Source: Promethearchaeota archaeon
GTDB lineage: Archaea; Asgardarchaeota; Lokiarchaeia; Sigyniarchaeales; SOKP01
Reading direction: 5' to 3'
Length of the DNA stretch: 29,141 nucleotides
NCBI GenBank assembly: GCA_019058015.1
Contig: JAHLWH010000111.1
Span: 1-29,141, forward strand
Below, piece by piece: positions 15,612-25,900 of the stretch; position 1 is the first letter of the stretch, and the number at the start of each line of letters is the position of its first letter. Below the pieces are notes generated by a model. It ran no database searches. It worked only from the letters and a program-made list of their open reading frames with translations, and was not told the origin of the DNA. The translations under genes were made by a program, and so were the position numbers.

Positions 15612-17042
15612 ATGGTTGATGATCAACAAGACTTTGACAAATTTGATACTTTATTCCATCCTAAACATATAGCTTTTATTGGAGCTTCAGAAAAATCAGC
15701 TCTCGGATCTATGCTTTTTTTGAGATCTTTTAAAAACTCTCAATGGTCAGAAACTTTTTATCCAATTAACCCAAGAAGTGAAAAAATTCTTGATTGGAAA
15801 TGTTATCCTTCTGTTCTAGATGTTCCATATCCTGTTGATACGGCTTATATTTCCACAAAGACAAAATATATCCCAAAAATAATGAAGGAATGCGTTGATA
15901 AAAGAATTCCTTGGGTGATAATTTTTTCCTCTGGATTTTCTGAGACAGGAGATCCTGAGAGAAAAAAATTAGAAAGGGAAATAGTGGAGATAATTAAAAG
16001 AACTGATACAAGAGTTATCGGCCCCAATTGTTTAGGACCTTTTAATGGAGAAACGGGGATGGCATTTACTTTTTCTACTCCATTTGGAGTTCCTGGCTCA
16101 GTTTCTTTTATGAGCCAATCTGGAGGGCACCTCACTCAATTAGTTGATGTGGGTTTCAAACGTGATCTTAGATTTCGATATGGTATTTCATTCGGTAATC
16201 AGATAGATTTAAATTGTTTAGATTTCTTAAGGCATTTCCGTAGAGATATTAAAACAAAAGTAATTGCTATATATTTAGAATCTTTTGGATCCGCAAATGG
16301 TCATGAATTTTATTTGGAATTGAGAAAGACAACCAAAACTAAACCAGTTATAATTTGGAAAGGTGGATTTACAGAAGATGGTTCTCATGCGGCCTTTTCA
16401 CATACAGGAGCTATAGCTTCAAATCAAAAATTATGGGACTCAATGGCAAAGCAAACAGGGGCAATCTTAGTAAAAAATAATGATGAATTTTGGAATATAA
16501 TAAAAACTATAGAATTATTATTCTCAAATCATCTTCCCAATGGAAGAAATGTAGGAATTATCACCCCTGGTGGTGGATCATCGGTAAATGTTACTGATTT
16601 ATTTGCATTTCACAATTTAAAGGTTCCTATGTTAACATCGAGGTCTCAAGAAAAAATTGCAAATATTCTGCCAGATGTTAATGTGAATATCAAGAATCCG
16701 ATAGACTTAGGGGCTTCCGGGTTTATTTTAGATATTTTTGCAGATTGTATAGAGATTGTAGTTGATGACCCAAATATTGATATAGTTATCGTTCCATTAT
16801 GGCCAGATCATTTGTATCGACATGTTTTCAATAGAATGATTAAAATTCAAAAAAGAATTTCAAAACCATTTGCTTTTTGCTTGCCCAGCATTGCAGATTC
16901 TATTGAATTGGCAAAAAAATTTAATATTGTTAAGAAAAATTTACATAAAAACCGTGTTCTTTACTTCTTTTCTTTAAAAGAGGCTGCAAAAAGTATTTCC
17001 CTATTTTGTGATTATTGTGATTATTTAAATTTTGGAAGATAA
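15612..17042 (+). CDS. acdA: ADP-forming acyl-CoA synthetase alpha-type subunit (CoA-binding protein)
   Basis: PKHIAFIGAS, YPINP, YPSVLDVP, IGPNCLG, SQSGG, phospho-His motif SHTGAIA, NPIDLG. Confidence 0.85.
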   Translation: MVDDQQDFDKFDTLFHPKHIAFIGASEKSALGSMLFLRSFKNSQWSETFYPINPRSEKILDWKCYPSVLDVPYPVDTAYISTKTKYIPKIMKECVDKRIPWVIIFSSGFSETGDPERKKLEREIVEIIKRTDTRVIGPNCLGPFNGETGMAFTFSTPFGVPGSVSFMSQSGGHLTQLVDVGFKRDLRFRYGISFGNQIDLNCLDFLRHFRRDIKTKVIAIYLESFGSANGHEFYLELRKTTKTKPVIIWKGGFTEDGSHAAFSHTGAIASNQKLWDSMAKQTGAILVKNNDEFWNIIKTIELLFSNHLPNGRNVGIITPGGGSSVNVTDLFAFHNLKVPMLTSRSQEKIANILPDVNVNIKNPIDLGASGFILDIFADCIEIVVDDPNIDIVIVPLWPDHLYRHVFNRMIKIQKRISKPFAFCLPSIADSIELAKKFNIVKKNLHKNRVLYFFSLKEAAKSISLFCDYCDYLNFGR

Positions 17043-18346
17043 TCTTTTTGCAACTCAATCATTTCGTTAAAAATTGCTTCAGCCATTTCGGCATTTCCCA
17101 CATTTGGATCGATGGTTAGACATTGTAATGCAATTTCACAGGATCTTTTTATGACAGCATCAATACATAAATCCTGCACACATGCTTCGATGCGAAGTAA
17201 TGCTGCTATACCTTTAGGCAAATTACCGATTTTTATACCATGAACCCCATCACCATCAACCCACACAGGTCCTTCGATTATTAAATCTTGAGGTAAATTA
17301 TCTATAAATCCATCATTCGGTATATTTACTGAACTTTCATAACTCTTTTTGCCTGTAATAATTGCTTCAATTATCGGAATCGCACGCTCACCAGTAGAAT
17401 GTTGAGGTAATAACCTCATCCTTTTAAATGTTCCTTTTTTAAAACGTCTATGAAATCTCATAATGCGATCGTAAATTGCCTTTCCGCCTTGGTCGGTATG
17501 ATCAATCCAATCTATCATATCCTGAGTTTTTGTAAATTCCTCTCCAAATTGCAGATATTCACCTAGATGATTATCACAAGCATATGAAAAATATCCAAAT
17601 TTTTTATAAACCTCAAATGTTAATTCAGAATATTCAAATCGATTTTTAACCTTATTAAGATAATTTAAAGATTTTTTATTAAATTCTGGCATTAAGTTTT
17701 TGCCTGTTTTAAAATCTACTAACCCAATTAAAAAACCAAAGTGATTTAATCCAACAGCAGTTATTTTAAAATCTTCAAGTTTTTTATTAAACATTTTTGG
17801 GAGATTTTTATTCAAATAACCGATTTGATGACACAGGCCAATAAATTCTAAACTTTTTGTGCTTCTTTTAATTGCTAAACATACCCTTGACATAGGATTT
17901 GAGAAATTAATAAAAAATGCATTAGGACAAATCTTTTCAACGTCTTTTACAATTTCTATGATCGGTGGAATTATTCTGAATGCATGAAAAGTCCCCCCAG
18001 GACCTCCACATTCCCCCAGAATCTGGGTTGAGCCATATTTTCTCGGTATTTCATAATCTTGCCTCCATAATTCCATTCGATCACCAACCTCTATAGAATT
18101 TATTACGAAATTAGCATTTTCAAGGGCTTTTTGACGATTTGTGGTGTGCTCGATAGTGAAATCCTTCCCTAATTTTTCATTTTCATTAACAATTAATTCA
18201 TAAATTATTTCTAATTTCTTTTTATCAATATCATGCAATACAATAGTTGAACCTTGTAAAATGTTGCTTAAAAAAATATCAGTGAGCATTGAGGGTCCAA
18301 ATGAAGTACTGCCTGCTCCAATTAATACAATACGGTGATTCGGCAT
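17021..18346 (-). CDS. Glycoside hydrolase family 4 (NAD+-dependent alpha-galactosidase/glucosidase, MelA-like)
   Basis: IVLIGAGSTSF, GECGGPGG, INFSNPM, GLCHQ, GLNHF, DNHLGEY. Confidence 0.92.
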   Translation of the reverse strand: MPNHRIVLIGAGSTSFGPSMLTDIFLSNILQGSTIVLHDIDKKKLEIIYELIVNENEKLGKDFTIEHTTNRQKALENANFVINSIEVGDRMELWRQDYEIPRKYGSTQILGECGGPGGTFHAFRIIPPIIEIVKDVEKICPNAFFINFSNPMSRVCLAIKRSTKSLEFIGLCHQIGYLNKNLPKMFNKKLEDFKITAVGLNHFGFLIGLVDFKTGKNLMPEFNKKSLNYLNKVKNRFEYSELTFEVYKKFGYFSYACDNHLGEYLQFGEEFTKTQDMIDWIDHTDQGGKAIYDRIMRFHRRFKKGTFKRMRLLPQHSTGERAIPIIEAIITGKKSYESSVNIPNDGFIDNLPQDLIIEGPVWVDGDGVHGIKIGNLPKGIAALLRIEACVQDLCIDAVIKRSCEIALQCLTIDPNVGNAEMAEAIFNEMIELQKDYLPKFK

Positions 18347-18481
18347 TTTTTTTTAACTTTTCTTTTATTTGCTGAATTTATTAAAAAAAATTAAGTTTTT
18401 TAATAAAAGACTATATGTTTAAATATTAATTGATTAATTATACAAATAACTAATTGTTTAAAATTTTGATGGGGGCATAAA

Positions 18482-19912
18482 TTGACACAAATGTTTGGTA
18501 CTTCCGGAATCAGAAAGGTTTTTAAAAATTACGGGGGAACTGAAGCTCATTTTACTCCAGAAATGGCGTTAAAGTTAGGATTAGCTATAGGTTCGTATAT
18601 TAATGGGGGTGTTGCAATAATCGGTAAAGATATCCGCATTGCCGCATTACCAATTGAACACGCATTAATCGCTGGTCTTATTAGCACGGGATGTAAGGTT
18701 AAGACCGTTGGCATAGTTACAACACCAACTCTTGCAATGTCTTGCAAAATTCTTAATGGAGATTGCGGAATTATGATAACTGCATCACATAACACTCCTG
18801 AATATATTGGTGTCAAGCTATGGAACCCATCCGGCCTAGGGTTTTCAGCCGAACAGGAAGAAACAATTGAAGATATATATAATAAAGAAAAGTTTAACAA
18901 AACCGATTGGCGGGGCATTGGCAGTGCTACACCAGTGTATGACCTTAACGAGTTTCATGTTAATGATATTTTAGAAAAAATTAAAATCCCAAGAGATAAT
19001 CATCTTCATTTAATTGTAGACCCCGGGAATGGTTCTTCGTGTGATATTCTCCCAATAATTCTTAATAAATATAATATTAAATATATGACAATTAATGCGC
19101 AAATGGATGGATCATTTCCAGGAAGATTATCTGAACCTAACAAAGAAAATTTAAACCAATTAAGTAAATTTGTTAAAATCTCAGATGTCCAAGACATAGG
19201 AATTGCTCTTGATGGTGATGCAGACAGAGTTATTTTTATTGCTGAAGATGGTAAGTTAGTTGACCCAATTAGATTACTTGCTTTATGTGCAAAAGACATA
19301 CTGACAGAAAATGGCGGAATACCCGAAAAAGATCGAAAAATAGCAACCCCAATTAATAGTTCAAGCCTGCTTGAAAGATTACTAGAACCATTAGGTTATG
19401 AGGTAATTAGAACTGAGGTTGGAGACATTAAAGTTGCAACAGCATTAAAGGAAAAGGGAGGCATTCTTGGTGGCGAAACCAGTGGTACATATATCTGGCC
19501 AAAATACCACTACGGACCTGACTCTCTTTTAACTATAGCGTATGTTTTAGAGATGTTAAATAGAAAAGGAAAACCATTAAGAGAATTATTAAAAGAGATT
19601 CCGGATTTTCCATTTGTTCGAGAGAGTTTTCAATTAAAAGAAGATATTCCTTTTACTAGAGAAGTAAATGAAAAAACAATAACAGAAATGAATAATTTGT
19701 TTCAAAATTTGGGCAAAGATCATGTTAAAATAAATAAATTAGATGGCGTTAGATTTGATTATCAAGAAGGCTGGGTGATGGTGAGAAGAAGCGGAACATC
19801 TCCTAAATTAAGAATTTCTGTTGAATCAACAATAGATATTCCTCATGCTGAAGAAATGTTAAAATTAACACAAAAAAGGATGGAAAAATTAGGTTTAATT
19901 AAAGAATATTAG
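18482..19912 (+). CDS. Alpha-D-phosphohexomutase (phosphoglucomutase/phosphomannomutase/GlmM-like)
   Basis: FGTSGIR, phosphoserine loop TASHNT, metal loop DGDADR, sugar loop GGETSG, VRRSGTSPKLR. Confidence 0.92.
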   Translation: MTQMFGTSGIRKVFKNYGGTEAHFTPEMALKLGLAIGSYINGGVAIIGKDIRIAALPIEHALIAGLISTGCKVKTVGIVTTPTLAMSCKILNGDCGIMITASHNTPEYIGVKLWNPSGLGFSAEQEETIEDIYNKEKFNKTDWRGIGSATPVYDLNEFHVNDILEKIKIPRDNHLHLIVDPGNGSSCDILPIILNKYNIKYMTINAQMDGSFPGRLSEPNKENLNQLSKFVKISDVQDIGIALDGDADRVIFIAEDGKLVDPIRLLALCAKDILTENGGIPEKDRKIATPINSSSLLERLLEPLGYEVIRTEVGDIKVATALKEKGGILGGETSGTYIWPKYHYGPDSLLTIAYVLEMLNRKGKPLRELLKEIPDFPFVRESFQLKEDIPFTREVNEKTITEMNNLFQNLGKDHVKINKLDGVRFDYQEGWVMVRRSGTSPKLRISVESTIDIPHAEEMLKLTQKRMEKLGLIKEY

Positions 19913-19949
19913 ATTTAATTATTAGTTAAAAATTTAAATTCAATTTCAA

Positions 19950-20462
19950 TTATAGAACCTTGAGCAAAGCATCTATATCTAACCAACCTAATTTTTCATG
20001 AATAATTATGCCCTCAGAGTTTATAATAAACTGCCCGGGTGATTGTTTTTCCCAACCTTCATATTCTCCATGTTTAATTCCAAATTTTGTTGCTTCCTTA
20101 AACTTATCACGAACTTGTTTAACTGCCTCCATCCCCATTATTCCTAATCCATAATCATTATATAGTTCATTTTTTGAACTTGGAATAACTGGAAATGTAA
20201 TTTTTTTCTCCTCGATAAATTGTTTTGCTATTTTTTCACCAGATTGTGTAATATATAAAATCTTAGCATCTTTCGCTTCTATTTCTGACTTACGTTCTAA
20301 TAAATTTTTTAGATCTAAATGACATATGGGGCAACCAAAATACCTTGAGAAAATAAGGATAATTTTTTGCTTTCCAATAAGATCAGATAAATCAATAATT
20401 CCAGCATTATATGAATCGATTTTAAAAAGTGGTGCTTTATCTCCAATATTTAATTTTCCCAT
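19950..20462 (-). CDS. Peroxiredoxin-like AhpC/TSA (PRXL2/SelU-like) thioredoxin-fold protein
   Basis: IGDKAPLF, FSRYFGCPIC, QSPGQFII. ATG 20462 preferred (GTG 20474 possible). Confidence 0.85.
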   Translation of the reverse strand: MGKLNIGDKAPLFKIDSYNAGIIDLSDLIGKQKIILIFSRYFGCPICHLDLKNLLERKSEIEAKDAKILYITQSGEKIAKQFIEEKKITFPVIPSSKNELYNDYGLGIMGMEAVKQVRDKFKEATKFGIKHGEYEGWEKQSPGQFIINSEGIIIHEKLGWLDIDALLKVL

Positions 20463-20805
20463 AGAATAAGTCACTTTAGTTTTATATTTATTTTTTAGAA
20501 TTCTGAATTTCTTTTAATTGTTTTGAATACTCTTGAATTAAATAGCTAGGTTTAGAAAATTTATTTCTATCACCTTAACAACAGATTTCAAATATGTTTT
20601 TGACTTTTTACAAATAAGTAAATTTTAATTAATTAAAAAATTAAATTCTAATATTACAATAAAAAACACGTGCTAATATTAAACATCAAAAAAAATACAT
20701 TTATTGGATAAGACTGAAATTTTAATTGTAGTTGGAATAGTATATCTTAAACCTAAAAAAAGTCAAATATAAAAATTAACTTTAACAAAAGTGTATATGA
20801 TATAA

Positions 20806-20973
20806 ATGAATGAAATAGAGAACCATATAAAAGAATTGATGAGAATTTTAAGTATTTTGAATGGAAAAAGAGAGTTATTTGTAAATAAAAAAGGTTACGA
20901 TTCAATAATTTCTGTATTAGAGAAAGAACTTGAAGCTTATAGATCGATCTTAGAGGTGGAGCAAGAATTTTAG
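20806..20973 (+). CDS. Small (55 aa) helical/coiled-coil protein missed by the ORF track
   Basis: ATG 20806 to TAG 20973: MNEIENHIKELMRILSILNGKRELFVNKKGYDSIISVLEKELEAYRSILEVEQEF. Purine-rich, coding-like, fills an otherwise empty gap. Confidence 0.6.
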   Translation: MNEIENHIKELMRILSILNGKRELFVNKKGYDSIISVLEKELEAYRSILEVEQEF

Positions 20974-21028
20974 GAATTAATATAAAGAATTCTAAGATAA
21001 ATGAGATAAAAGTAAATTTAAGAAAAAT

Positions 21029-22111
21029 TTAAGGTTTTAATAATTCCCAATTGATATATTTTTCTATAATTTCTAAAGCAATCTGTTTTTCTTCTGGTTG
21101 AATTCCCGGTTTAATTCTTTCTATATTATATAAGGTCGTGTATGTATCACTGGGGCTTAACAAAAGCGGAATACCTAATTCATCTGCTTTTACTTTAACT
21201 GAAATGTCTGGATGGATATAGCCAGTTAGGATGATTACAGAAACATTAGATTCGAGAGTGGCTAAAATTAACTCACTTCTATCTCCACCAGTAATACAAG
21301 CAGCATTTATACTCTGTCTAACATACTTCATAGCGCTAGGAACATCCATAGCTCCAATTAATATTGATTTAACATTTTTATTCATAGATTCGTCTGGTGG
21401 ATTGTTTATTAATTCAGCACCAATGCCTTCCATAATTTCTAAAACTGTAGGTTCTGATAATGAGGGATCTTTTTGAATTATACCTACTAAAGGGATGTCA
21501 TATTTTTCGATATGTTTTTTCTGTAATTCTTTGACTCTTTCTACATAGTCAAAATCGATTTGATTCATAATAAGCCCATTTATTTTCATTTCTCTAAAAT
21601 CGAGGTACTTCTTTGTAAAAAGTAATGTATCTACAAAATTATCAGTAGAAATATCTAATATAAAATATATTCCATCGATTCCTAATTCTTTTGCAATTGT
21701 AACATCATCTAGTCCAACTCGGCAATAATATCTAAAATTAGGCGTTCCCTCAATAATAACCATATCGCAATCTTGTTTAATTTTCTCATAAGCCTTTTTA
21801 ATTTTCTCTGTATATTCAGTTCTTTGTTCAATATCTATATTATCAATATAATAATTAGGGGTAATTGATACAGGACAAATCGTATCTATATCATGCTCAG
21901 ATTCAATAATATTCATAAAAATAAACGAAACATCGCGATCAGCCTTGTTGGTTAATGCTCCAATTGGTTTGCCCACAGGTTTGAAATATTTAACTTTATA
22001 ACCTTCTCTCTTGAATTTTTGGAGCAATCCTATAGCAATTAGAGTTTTACCAGCTCTTTCATTAAATGAACTCAAATATATTGTTTTTACCAATTTTTCT
22101 CTCACATGCAT
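21029..22111 (-). CDS. Phosphotransacetylase N-terminal-like protein (BioD-like P-loop plus DRTGG domain)
   Basis: ERAGKTLIAIGL, YFKPVG, IIEG, CITGGDRSEL, LSPSDTYTT. Confidence 0.88.
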   Translation of the reverse strand: MHVREKLVKTIYLSSFNERAGKTLIAIGLLQKFKREGYKVKYFKPVGKPIGALTNKADRDVSFIFMNIIESEHDIDTICPVSITPNYYIDNIDIEQRTEYTEKIKKAYEKIKQDCDMVIIEGTPNFRYYCRVGLDDVTIAKELGIDGIYFILDISTDNFVDTLLFTKKYLDFREMKINGLIMNQIDFDYVERVKELQKKHIEKYDIPLVGIIQKDPSLSEPTVLEIMEGIGAELINNPPDESMNKNVKSILIGAMDVPSAMKYVRQSINAACITGGDRSELILATLESNVSVIILTGYIHPDISVKVKADELGIPLLLSPSDTYTTLYNIERIKPGIQPEEKQIALEIIEKYINWELLKP

Positions 22112-22166
22112 TTTTAATTTTTTTATTCAAATAAATTTTAATTTTTTTCTTTTTCTGTTTATTATT

Positions 22167-24353
22167 TTAAGATTTAATTGTAATTTTAATATCAACAGCG
22201 GAACATCCTTTAACAAAGGATAATAAAGGATTTATATCTAATTCTACTATCTCAGGAAAATCATTTACTAATTGAGAGAGTTTAAGAAGTACATCAATAA
22301 CAGCATCGATATCTGATGGAGGCTCGCCACGAACTCCTTGGAGTAAAGCAAAAATTTTAGTCTGAGATAATAAATTAACTGCATCTTCTCTTGTAAATTT
22401 ATATGTTAATGAGAATGCAACATCTTTAATGAAATTGGCATAAATACCGCCACTACCTACCATAATCATCGGTCCGAAAGTAGGATCTCTACTCATCCCC
22501 AAAATTAATTCATTTACTTTTAGTTGGGCTTTAAAATCTATCATTTCTTGAATTTCTATACCATAAATCTTTGCATTTCTATGTCCAAATTTTTTTACTT
22601 TTGTCATAATTTGAGTATATGCTTCTCTTGCTTGTTTTTGGTCAATAATATTCAATAAAACACCTCCCACATCAGTCTTATGTAAAATCTGAGGGCTTAC
22701 AACTTTCGCTACTAAGGGAAAACCCATCTCATTACTTGTTTCAAAAGCTTGTATTGGAGAGCGGACTAATTTTGATTTTGGCGATGGAATTCCATAAATT
22801 TGAAATATTTCATTAGTTTCATAGCTCAATAATACTGAGCGATTATCTTTACGTACTTCTTCAAAAATCTCATTAACTCTATTTTTATTAACATTAAATT
22901 TCTCAATATTAATACTTTTTAAGGGTTGTCTTATCTTATTTTCACAATACTTTACCAACACTTTTAAAGTTTGAGCAGCTCGGCTTGGAAAATAATAACA
23001 TGGTATATGATTGTCATTTAATAATTTTTGTCCTTCCGCAATATTTTTTCCACCAATAAAAGAACAAACCATTGGTATATCAGGAATTTTTTTTGATGTT
23101 TCAAGAACCAGACTTGCAACATCAGTTGGTCTTGTTAACGCTTGAGGTGCAAGAATAAGGCAGCATCCATTAGGAATCTCTTGATTTGGCATATCTCCTT
23201 TAGTGGACTCACTAATAGAATTTTTATCAAAATTGGAATCTAATCTAAAAATAGTATTAAGTGTAAATCTATATCTTTCTGGCGTTGCATCTCCTACTAT
23301 ATCAACAGGATTAAATATACTTGCCTCTGCCGGTAAATTTTCTCTCAATTTATGAAGTATATCTTCTGGAAATTTTGTAAACTTTAAGCCTTCCCGAGAA
23401 AAAGCATCTGCTGCGACGATGCCAGGACCTCCAGCATTACTTATAATAACAAAAGAATTTTTTTTTGGTAAAGGTTGAAATGCAAAAATTTCTCCGAAAT
23501 CGAATAAATCTTCAATAGTTTTTGCTCTAATTACACCTGTCTTTTCAAATGATAAATCATATGCCCTATCAGAACCTGCTAAGGCTCCAGTATGACTTGA
23601 TGCTGCTTTTGCACCTTGTTCAGATATGCCAGATTTCAGAATTACTACAGGTTTCTTTCTTGTAATTTCAGATACAACCTCTAAAAAGCGATCTCCATCA
23701 ATAACATTTTCTAAATACGCAAGAATAACTTTTGTATTGTCATCATCTGCTAAATATTTTAAAAAATCGACAAGTGTTAAATCTGCTTTATTACCCAAAG
23801 ATATACAACAAGAAAAGCCAAAAGTTCGACCCATTGAATAATCTAACATCCCTGTAAGCATAGCACCTGACTGTGATATGATTGCTATATTTCCTTTTTT
23901 GGGTTGATCAGCTGCAAAGGTTGCATTATAATTAAGACCCATAAAGCCCAAACAATTAGGGCCTAAGATACGAATGTTATTTTCTCTGCATATTTTAGCC
24001 AATTCTAACTCTCTTTCAACCCCATCTCCACCAACTTCTTTAAATCCTGCAGTAATTACGATTAATCCCTTAATTTTTTTTTGTGCGCATTCTTTTACTA
24101 CATTAACAATATACTTTGCAGGAATTACAATAACGCAAATGTCAATATCTTCTTTTACATCTAATACGCTTTTATAACATTTGTATCCAAGAATTTCACT
24201 GGCTGAAGGATTAATTGGATATAATTTTCCTTTATATCCTGAATTTTTTATATTTTTTACCACACTATTTCCAATTTTAGTTTCATTTGCGCTTGCTCCT
24301 ATAACTGCAATACTATCAGGATTAAAAAAATAACCTAAATCACTTTCCGCCAT
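22167..24353 (-). CDS. acd: ADP-forming acetate/acyl-CoA ligase, fused alpha-beta
   Basis: CoA-binding domain (IAVIGAS, GPNCLG, SQSGA, SHTGALAG, NAGGPG, NPVDIVGDA) plus ATP-grasp (GFPLVAKVVSPQILHKTDVGGV, DPTFGP, ELDINPL). Confidence 0.93.
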   Translation of the reverse strand: MAESDLGYFFNPDSIAVIGASANETKIGNSVVKNIKNSGYKGKLYPINPSASEILGYKCYKSVLDVKEDIDICVIVIPAKYIVNVVKECAQKKIKGLIVITAGFKEVGGDGVERELELAKICRENNIRILGPNCLGFMGLNYNATFAADQPKKGNIAIISQSGAMLTGMLDYSMGRTFGFSCCISLGNKADLTLVDFLKYLADDDNTKVILAYLENVIDGDRFLEVVSEITRKKPVVILKSGISEQGAKAASSHTGALAGSDRAYDLSFEKTGVIRAKTIEDLFDFGEIFAFQPLPKKNSFVIISNAGGPGIVAADAFSREGLKFTKFPEDILHKLRENLPAEASIFNPVDIVGDATPERYRFTLNTIFRLDSNFDKNSISESTKGDMPNQEIPNGCCLILAPQALTRPTDVASLVLETSKKIPDIPMVCSFIGGKNIAEGQKLLNDNHIPCYYFPSRAAQTLKVLVKYCENKIRQPLKSINIEKFNVNKNRVNEIFEEVRKDNRSVLLSYETNEIFQIYGIPSPKSKLVRSPIQAFETSNEMGFPLVAKVVSPQILHKTDVGGVLLNIIDQKQAREAYTQIMTKVKKFGHRNAKIYGIEIQEMIDFKAQLKVNELILGMSRDPTFGPMIMVGSGGIYANFIKDVAFSLTYKFTREDAVNLLSQTKIFALLQGVRGEPPSDIDAVIDVLLKLSQLVNDFPEIVELDINPLLSFVKGCSAVDIKITIKS

Positions 24354-24457
24354 TACTTATCGATTTATATTGATAAACCTATGTTATCATTTAGCTAATT
24401 TAAATTTCTTATTAATTAATTGTTTTTTCTGTATAATATTATGAAATAATTAAATCC

Positions 24458-24466
24458 TTTTATATA
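24458..24466 (+). promoter_or_regulatory. Candidate archaeal TATA box for the cyclophilin gene
   Basis: TTTTATATA centred about 27 nt upstream of ATG 24489, consistent with a leaderless transcript; weak given the AT-rich background. Confidence 0.35.
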
Positions 24467-24488
24467 TGTCAATTATTTCTTATTAAAT

Positions 24489-24965
24489 ATGACTAATATC
24501 GTGATTAAAACAAATAAAGGAGACATTAACTTGCAACTTTTTGACGAGGATGCACCTTTAACCGTCGCATCTTTTCTCTACCTAATAAGAAAGGAGTTGT
24601 ATAACGGGCTTACATTTCATCGAGTTATAGAAAATTTCATGGTTCAAGGAGGTTGCCCATTGGGAACGGGAACTGGTGGTCCTAAAAATGTAGGGATTAA
24701 CGCGTTTGAATATCAAGGACAGATGGTTTCCTATCCATTCAAGGATGAATTTCAAAGTAGCAAAGTATTTGATAAACCTGGCTTATTGGCCATGGCAAAT
24801 GCAGGACCAAATACAAATGGCTCTCAATTTTTTATAACTCATATAGTCACCGACTGGCTAACTAACAAGCATACAATTTTCGGTGAAGTTAAATCTGATG
24901 CTGATCAAGGAATTGTTAATTCAATTATTACAGGAGATAAAATCTTAGAAATACAAATTTTTTAA
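24489..24965 (+). CDS. Cyclophilin-type peptidyl-prolyl cis-trans isomerase
   Basis: [59 protein letters not shown]. Confidence 0.96.
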   Translation: MTNIVIKTNKGDINLQLFDEDAPLTVASFLYLIRKELYNGLTFHRVIENFMVQGGCPLGTGTGGPKNVGINAFEYQGQMVSYPFKDEFQSSKVFDKPGLLAMANAGPNTNGSQFFITHIVTDWLTNKHTIFGEVKSDADQGIVNSIITGDKILEIQIF

Positions 24966-25063
24966 GTCAATATTTTTTTATTTTTAATTAATTAACACTA
25001 TAAAGCGAGAAATTATCTTATTATGGGGAAAAAACAATAAGTTTAATTGTTTTATTTCAATTT

Positions 25064-25195
25064 TTATTCTTCTCTTAGGTTATTAATATAATTACAGATA
25101 ATTTGAATTGTCTTCTCAACAATAATTTTTTCTTCATTATCCAATTCTCTTTTAAGTAACTCCAAATACTTTAAAATCTTCTCTGCTTTTCCCAT
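25064..25195 (-). CDS. Small hypothetical helical protein (start ATG 25195 or 25246)
   Basis: MGKAEKILKYLELLKRELDNEEKIIVEKTIQIICNYINNLREE; co-oriented downstream of the membrane protein gene. Confidence 0.5.
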   Translation of the reverse strand: MGKAEKILKYLELLKRELDNEEKIIVEKTIQIICNYINNLREE

Positions 25196-25269
25196 CTTCC
25201 TAAGATAATTACTTCCTTTCTTATCTATAAAGCCTCCCCATGTCATGAAGATCCTTTTCTTGCCTTATT

Positions 25270-25728
25270 TTATGGAGTCATCATTTTTCCAACAAAATAA
25301 AATATTATCATTAGAATAAATCCAATGAGATAAACTGTGTAGGTAATGTATGCACTTTTCATCTCTCCCGGTTTAATCAGAAGCTTCCATAATAATAAAT
25401 AAAATGCTGCAGCTAGTGTGACAAAAATAATATCCATAGAAGCATTTAATAATGAATCTTGTCTACCTTCAAATTTTAGGCCCCAACTCCATAATACAAA
25501 ATTTTCAAAGAATTCCCAGAAAATTCCAATTATTACTGTAATTAAAAATGCTAACCAAATGGGGAATTTATCGTTTTGTTTAACATATTTGGCGTATACA
25601 TGAAGAAATGACAATAGGGCAAAAAATCCAAATCCCATTGCGATGTGGCCCCAAGTGAAAAAATCTATTGCTGAAATACCAACTTCAGCAGTTATTTCTG
25701 CTATAATATCATTTTGAATTCCAATCAT
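25270..25728 (-). CDS. Integral membrane protein, DUF2585/DUF2238/VanZ-like
   Basis: About four TM helices with polar motifs DFFTWGH, FWEFFEN, DSLLNASMDI. Confidence 0.65.
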   Translation of the reverse strand: MIGIQNDIIAEITAEVGISAIDFFTWGHIAMGFGFFALLSFLHVYAKYVKQNDKFPIWLAFLITVIIGIFWEFFENFVLWSWGLKFEGRQDSLLNASMDIIFVTLAAAFYLLLWKLLIKPGEMKSAYITYTVYLIGFILMIIFYFVGKMMTP

Positions 25729-25900
25729 TTCTTATTACGTTATTTTTTTTTTGAATTTCTTATAATATATGATACGTTGAATTGCTTTTTAATATTATAT
25801 TCAAATAGATACCTTTAATAAATTGAGAATAAATAAAATTCATTTTAGTATTTAATTAATTAATACAATCGATCAATAATACACCATAAAATAAAATAAA

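Noticed and set aside
19950-20474. Peroxiredoxin-like gene as a selenoprotein
   Set aside because: Active site is CPIC with ordinary Cys codons; no in-frame TGA
20475-20805. Long AT-rich gap as a possible ncRNA or origin
   Set aside because: No GC-rich stems or repeated boxes visible; best explained as a divergent promoter region
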